A stretch of DNA of 62,972 nucleotides, the filler included, from Pelomyxa schiedti (Eukaryota > Protista > Evosea), in assembly GCA_020536535.1 (NCBI GenBank). It is 13 parts of 13 records of this genome, joined end to end, with 100 filler letters (N's around TTAATTAATTAA, not from the genome) between each part and the next. Parts side by side here need not be neighbours in the genome. Positions count along the whole stretch, not along the records: positions 56,903 to 60,273 come from JAHLWZ010001750.1; positions 60,374 to 62,972 come from JAHLWZ010001947.1; 11 more parts are not named here. The stretch is one strand, 5' to 3'. Positions 57,221-62,972 of the stretch are shown piece by piece. The notes below the pieces were generated by a model. That model searched no databases. It saw nothing but the letters and a program-made list of their open reading frames with translations, and was not told where the DNA came from. The position numbers and the translations under genes are program-made. Numbering within the stretch: position 1 is the stretch's first letter; each line of letters begins with the position of its first letter.

Positions 57221-60200
57221 CTAGCTACCACGTGGTTCGGCGATGAGAGAAAGATCAAAACACTCTTTCTCAGAGGCACCAGGGAGGGAAACAATCATGG
57301 CCCTGATGCTATCAACCAACTTGAGGTTGTAGGGTTTCTGTAATGGGATCAGATGTGGATGCGAGTTTTTTTTTTTGGGTTCGGAGCTAAAGGGTGTGCA
57401 AGGATTGAATATACCTGTTGATACTGCTGAATATCGCGGAGAACAGAAGCAATCATACGGAATTTGGCAAAGTTCACAAATCCACCTTCAACGGTATCGG
57501 GATTCCCTTCCTCTTAGAGGTGTTAATTGGTGGCAAAGGTGCTGAGAAAATCAATTTTATACCTATGAATGTCAAGTCGCCAAGGTAAACGCCTTCACAA
57601 GAGAGGATAGGATGAGAACAGTTGAATATAATTTTGAAGTAACTCCTTACCAACATAGGGTACGCAAGGAGGGTCGGATTTCTTCAGAGCTTCTCGATAT
57701 GCGGCAAAGTTACACGAAGGGATTGTGAGTGCTGCAACTTTCTCCATTACCTTCTGAACATCTTTTGCCTTTTTACATAGGTTATTATTACACTGGAATT
57801 AGTTTTTAAGGTGAATGCCTCGGCCCAAGTGTGCTTAAGTCTTGATACGGATGCAGAATTCAGTCCTGCATATACAGAGAAAATGGCATTCAGGTTGTTG
57901 AGCCGTAAAAGTTCCTGTGAGAATTCAGAAAAATGAAAAGGATGATGGTGATTACTTCTAATAACTTGACGAACCTCCTCAGGAGATTTACACGCTTTTT
58001 AATATTGGTCTCAGAAACAAGTGCTAATGTGACCCAGGTGCTTATCTGAAATAATTAAGTGGGAACGCCAGGAACAGTAACCATAGCGGGGACCACACCA
58101 TGTTGAATCTACTGATTAGAGTTAAGAGATTCGGACTGGTTTTTTCTTTGTCTTTCTTTGACCAGGAAAGTGACAGGAGTTCTTTTGGTTTTATTTTCTA
58201 CATCGAGATCAGAGAGAATTTAATTGCTTTTCGCACCTGGTAGAGTTCAAATTCGTAGAGGCATAGCTGTCTCGCCAATTCTAATGGTTCAACATCATCA
58301 ATAGTCACTACAGGAGTGACTGTTGGGAGAATGGGTGGAGGTGGTGGCGAGCTGAACGTGTATTCCGTCTTGGTGTCTGGCCCCTTGGAGCCTGGAAAGT
58401 GTTGATATCCAAATTAAGGGTTAGTAGCAAAAAAAAATACCGCTAATCTTTTTCTCTAATCTGGCATAAAGACCGGTAGGTCCACTTACTGTTGGGTCAG
58501 ATGTTCCCGACGAAAATTCTTTAAACAGGGTCATCAATTCGGGGTCCTCTTCAAAATCTGAATTCCTTTTAGGAGTGAGGCGGAAAAGCAGCGAAATACC
58601 TTCGAAGTTATCAATCCATCTTCGAAGTGTAACACAGACTCTGGGTAATAATAAGTAAGTGCAAAACGTGTAGTAAGAGTACCTCAGCCTTGTCTTTTTT
58701 TTCTTTAATGCCAACTGTTGAACTGCAACTGCTGTTGAAGTTGACTCTTCTTGTGAACTCTCATTTTCGTGGTAACCGTTAAGAGTCAAGGAATTGTTTG
58801 TTTGTGGGTTGATTTAATGTTGGTTTTGATACGCTCGAACTAAGTCTTTGAACACATAAACGGGAGTTGTAAAACTCCGGTACGTTAGTAAAAACATGTC
58901 AACATAATCTGGATCAGCTAAAACCTCATTAGACTATTTTCGAGGAAAGATATTGTTTGCTACTTTGGTCCTTTGGATACAGGCGTTCTATAAGCTTGTC
59001 AACCGTGCCAGCTCTGATTTCCTTTTTATCAGACCCCTTTCTATCAATAGACAATAGAATTCCGTCTTCTGATACCTACAGAAACTGAGCAAAACATAAT
59101 GATTTATTTGTATACATAGTCAGTGGTGACACTAAGGGCGTCAGTCAAACGAGCATTGAGATTTGTGCGCTCTTGTTGTAGGTTGCGTGCTAAATCCTGT
59201 TTTCCCCAGTATGAGCAAAAGGAAAAAGCAATAGCAAGATGAAAACCTTGAGTGCCGCTACTTCATCAGAGACCGCCTGAAATGCTTTCTTCACAGTGTC
59301 AAAATTTTGAAATTTTTTTGGAGAATAAACTGACCAAGACTTGAATGAATAATAAAATATTGTGTATCTCAGCATTCAGAGCAGCAACCTCGACCGCACT
59401 ATCACAGCCAGACAAAACTTCGGGTGGAATTGTAGATATAAATCCGTGGAGAGAAGCTGTTTGCTCAATTATTCGCATTCTCTCTGGGTTGGTTGCATTG
59501 AGTCTGAAACGGTGAAATTAGATCTATCTGAAGGGAAACAAAGTCTACTTTTTCCTCTGATTTTCTAGTTGCTCTCTTAAGGTGGTAGCATAAGGACGTA
59601 ATTTGAGAAGCTGGTCACGTGTTGAGGCTGTTGTGTCACTTGATGAAGGTTTCTCACTTGGGGAAGTGTGTTCAGATCTGTGTATAAATTGCAAAATTAG
59701 CACAGAGGGTGTCGACAAATGTTAAAAAAACATAGCAACGTTTGAAACTGTCCAGACAAGAATTTGAAAAATGATCCCTTTCTTCAAGTTTTGGATTGGA
59801 ACCAAGTTAGGTACAAGATAGGGGGAAAAAAAGCCCAAACCTTGTTGGCTGTGACGTGACAGTGACCGAAGCTCCTGAACCAGAAGAACCCGACGATGAC
59901 GATGAAGATGATGAAGACGAAGATGATGAAGATGATGGCGAAGAAGAGTTTGAGGCAGGAATTGTGGGAGGTGGCGATGGAGAAGGAACCGGGGACGAAG
60001 GAGGCGACGGTGATGGAGCAGGAGTCGAAGGCGGCGGCGACGGCATCATCATCATGCTGCTACTGCTGCTGCTACTACTGCTGCCGCCACCACTGCATAC
60101 GTTCGATGTCGATGACGGGGGTGGCGACGTAGAGGGCGCAGCGGCACCAGTGGTATCTGGCGACTGGCTTCTCGTGGCCACTTGGTGTGGCTGTGGTTGT

Positions 60201-60273
60201 GGTGGTGTTTGTTGTGGATGGGCTGGGGTGCTTGTGCTTGTGTTTGTAGTGGTGGGGGTGTGGTCCGTGGGCT
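57221..60273 (-). CDS. RasGEF (REM + CDC25 domains), multi-exon, 5'-partial
   Basis: IRAGTVDKLIERL, DYVDMFLLTYRSFTTP, LRVCVTLRRWIDNF, ELARQLCLYE, LNNLNAIFSVYAGLNSASVSRL, PPCVP/GVYLGDLTFI, FVNFAKFR and SLIAEPR. Confidence 0.93.
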
Positions 60274-60681
60274 NNNNNNNNNNNNNNNNNNNNNNNNNNN
60301 NNNNNNNNNNNNNNNNNTTAATTAATTAANNNNNNNNNNNNNNNNNNNNNNNNNNNNNNNNNNNNNNNNNNNNTGAGAATCTATGCAGTGCGAATTGGTA
60401 CCAGAGGGAAAGAAGGCCAGGATGTGGACTACAACAGTAGTCGCACCTCCTCCGTGGTACACGATTCCATCACAGGCCTGTCACTTGCCATTCTGACAAT
60501 CTGACCACCACGGCCACCCTTCCTCCAAGGCTCAACCACAGGAACTTTGCTTGCTTTTGTGTGTTACAACAAGAGGAGCAGCTCTTTCCAATTTCACAAC
60601 TCACAAAGGAATGAAAGAATGAATGAATGTCTTCATCATAAAACAACGAGCCTGGTCCTTCAGATTTGATCAGACGATCAG

Positions 60682-61141
60682 ATGGTGAGTGTTGTTGTCC
60701 AGGACCATCACTTCCCTGAGGGAGTGTTCTCTGGTCGTCTCGTCAACAACAAGCCCGACGGAAGCAGTGTCGCCAAGTGGACGTCGACGACCGGCGGGGG
60801 CGGCTCCTACGACGGAGAGGGCTCCCTGCACGGCCGCGGGACCTACACCTACCCGGACGGCGGCGCCTACGACGGCGAGTGCCGCGGCAGCAAGAGGGAC
60901 GGCTGCGGGCGTGTGCCGCCACCCGGGCGCGTGGCACGACGCGAACGTGTGGGAGGGCGACTGGTCGGTGCGCCGTGAGGACGGCATGTACGTGCACGAG
61001 ATGCAGGGGTGGGGCGTGCAGAAGAGGAGGAGGGCAAGCGGCGGGGGGGACGGGGGGGTGTTGGAGACGGTGTATGAGGGCGAGTGGGACAGGGACATGT
61101 GTGGCATGGCAGGGGGATGTGGAGGTCACCGGAGACGGGGG
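60682..61141 (+). pseudogene. MORN-repeat gene remnant, paralog of 26105-26930
   Basis: YDGEGSLHGRGTYTYPDGGAYDGEC, then frameshifts. Shares the GxW..MxGWG..GGG..TVYEGEW insert with the intact paralog and ends at an AT tract. Confidence 0.75.
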
Positions 61142-61392
61142 ATATATAATATTATTTTAATAAATAAATAAATTTTATTATTATTAATATTATTATAAAA
61201 TATATATTATATAATAATATATATTATATAATATTATATAAATATAATAATAATATATATTATATAAATATTAATATAATAATATATATAATATATATAT
61301 TATATTATATAATATATATATTATATATATTATTATAATATATTAATATATATAATATAATATATTATTATAAAATATATTATATTATATAT
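61142..61392. repeat. Pure A/T low-complexity (TA/TAA) tract, ~250 bp
   Basis: No G or C in the interval. Confidence 0.95.
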
Positions 61393-61438
61393 CTATTATG
61401 GCGGGTTCGACCATGGGAAGAGGAGCAGGAGCGGGAGG

Positions 61439-61875
61439 ATGTTGTTTGGGGATGGGGAGCTATGTTGGGGAGTGGAGGGACGACACAGATGCGTGATGAA
61501 GAGTGTTTTAGTGACTCTACAAAAGCACAACATCACCTTTCGTGAATTGGTCTGCTCCTTGTGCCCATTGGACAAGGTAAAGGATTTTCCCGTTGTTACC
61601 CTTGACCATACGTTCAACAAGGTTGTGAAAATGGTAATAGCTAAACCAGCAATTGCCTCTTTCAAAGGGAATGGAAACGATTCTCTGAAACTGCAACATT
61701 ATCTCTTTTCTCCTTTAAAGGAGTTCCAGGTTCCCTGAATTGATTCTGAATTTCCTAAAAACCTGCAGAGTTGAAGGTAGAACTGATACAGCTGAGTACA
61801 ATTACTGAGTCTGATCTGCAACTTATTTGCCCTTTGGGCAGTGGAAGTTATGGAACAGTGGTAAAGTGTCTCCTG
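61439..61875 (+). pseudogene. Protein kinase N-lobe fragment
   Basis: ITESDLQLICPLGSGSYGTVVKC (subdomain I) with an upstream in-frame stop and no downstream kinase motifs. Confidence 0.55.
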
Positions 61876-62010
61876 TGTACTTTAAAAGTACACGAGCTTG
61901 AGCTCCAGAGAGACTCTGCGGACTCTGTACGAATCTCGACTCTCGAGATCCAATGTGGGCTGTCTCTTTTTATTGGTTTCGCAAACATTCAAAATGAATT
62001 CCATTGCCTC

Positions 62011-62929
62011 TCAGTACTTTTCTTCAATCACGACGATGCCTCTTCCCTTGCTCTTCTGATTCTCGCTGTTGTGCATGTCGATGACGCAAAGCTCACCACT
62101 GGCAAGTGAGCCAGTGTATCTCACAGTGTAGTCCTCCAATGGTGACGAGAACGTTGCTGTGGCGTCGAGGGCACCGGTGAGTCGGTTGTATGTCCCCGAC
62201 AGCGTCTTGGTTTGTGCCGACGGGTCGTCGTTGAGGTGGTATGTCCCGTAAACGTGGTCATTCTCGTTAACCTATGATGGTTACATTACTTCGCTTGTCT
62301 GGCTGTGTTGTAATTTGGATCTATAATAGTATAGTAGATAGGTGACTACACTATACTAAGTACATAATACAAGGTGCGGGTTGCTGTTGAGGAGTATGGG
62401 AACATTACACTGAATTCCAGAGCCCATCCTATTGTGCCAAAATTGTTGTTTGACTCTCCAGCCCACGAAGTGCTGGCTCCCTTGTTTCATCTCCCCCCAA
62501 TCTTCACAGAGCTCCCTCACCCTGAAAAAGAAATGAAAATCCACGCAACAATGCAGCATCCCCAAAAGAACGTTAGGTGCACACAACATTACAGCATCCC
62601 CAATTTCAACACAGCATCGGATAGTAAATATTTATACGTGTATCGAGAGCGTATTCAAACAAACCCAGAAGAAGGAGAATTCACAGTCGATGCCATGGTC
62701 CCACCGCTCAGTGTCGGTTGATTGATTGTTCGGTTTTCCATCACTTTGTTTCCCTGCACCCAAAACGCAGGGAAAAAATGCAAAAAGTGCCGATTGAGTC
62801 GGTCATCGACGCCCGATCGCAGTTCGTTGCGTTCGCATGTGCGTCCATCCAAAGGTGCGCCACGGCACAACCACCACAACAACAACAACGACCCCGAGGC
62901 ACCACCACCACAACAACAAGCACGACCAC
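62011..62929 (-). CDS. Multi-exon hypothetical protein
   Basis: Exon-like segments VNENDHVYGTYHLNDD..TLSGTYNRLTG and ASGELCVIDMH..IVVIEEKY* are bounded by GT/AG. Confidence 0.4.
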
Positions 62930-62972
62930 CCCGGCGGCCAGTTTTTTCTACCGCGAGAACCCGGCGCTGTTC

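Overview
Eukaryotic, intron-rich protist DNA, not a bacterial locus. The window is 13 separate scaffolds joined by artificial 100-nt spacers (N44-TTAATTAATTAA-N44), plus four plain 100-N scaffold gaps, so adjacency across spacers has no biological meaning. Several features point to an anaerobic archamoeba such as Pelomyxa (inference, not a database result): short GT-AG introns (about 35-60 nt), an Entamoeba-TMK-like receptor kinase, a 2x[4Fe-4S] domain, MORN paralogs and an expanded 'RxQFxAL..PRC..WEWV' family. Recognisable genes are FAN1 nuclease, an ankyrin + TBC RabGAP, a GH20 beta-hexosaminidase, an EGF/CUB transmembrane kinase, a RasGEF, MORN proteins, a PQQ-like propeller (duplicated) and an F-box protein. 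There are also RBR, ABCB, piggyBac and kinase fragments. The most notable observations are: (1) an intron-rich DD38E IS630/Tc1 transposase with a Cys/His-rich N-terminus, head-to-head with a Zn-ribbon/Ala-Thr-repeat gene; (2) a spliced putative NTPase-like + D..QxK nuclease gene; (3) an 88-bp conserved element present five times on four scaffolds; (4) strong CpG-transition bias between duplicated segments; (5) a prokaryote-like condensation-domain fragment at a scaffold end. No rRNA, tRNA or CRISPR array was recognised.
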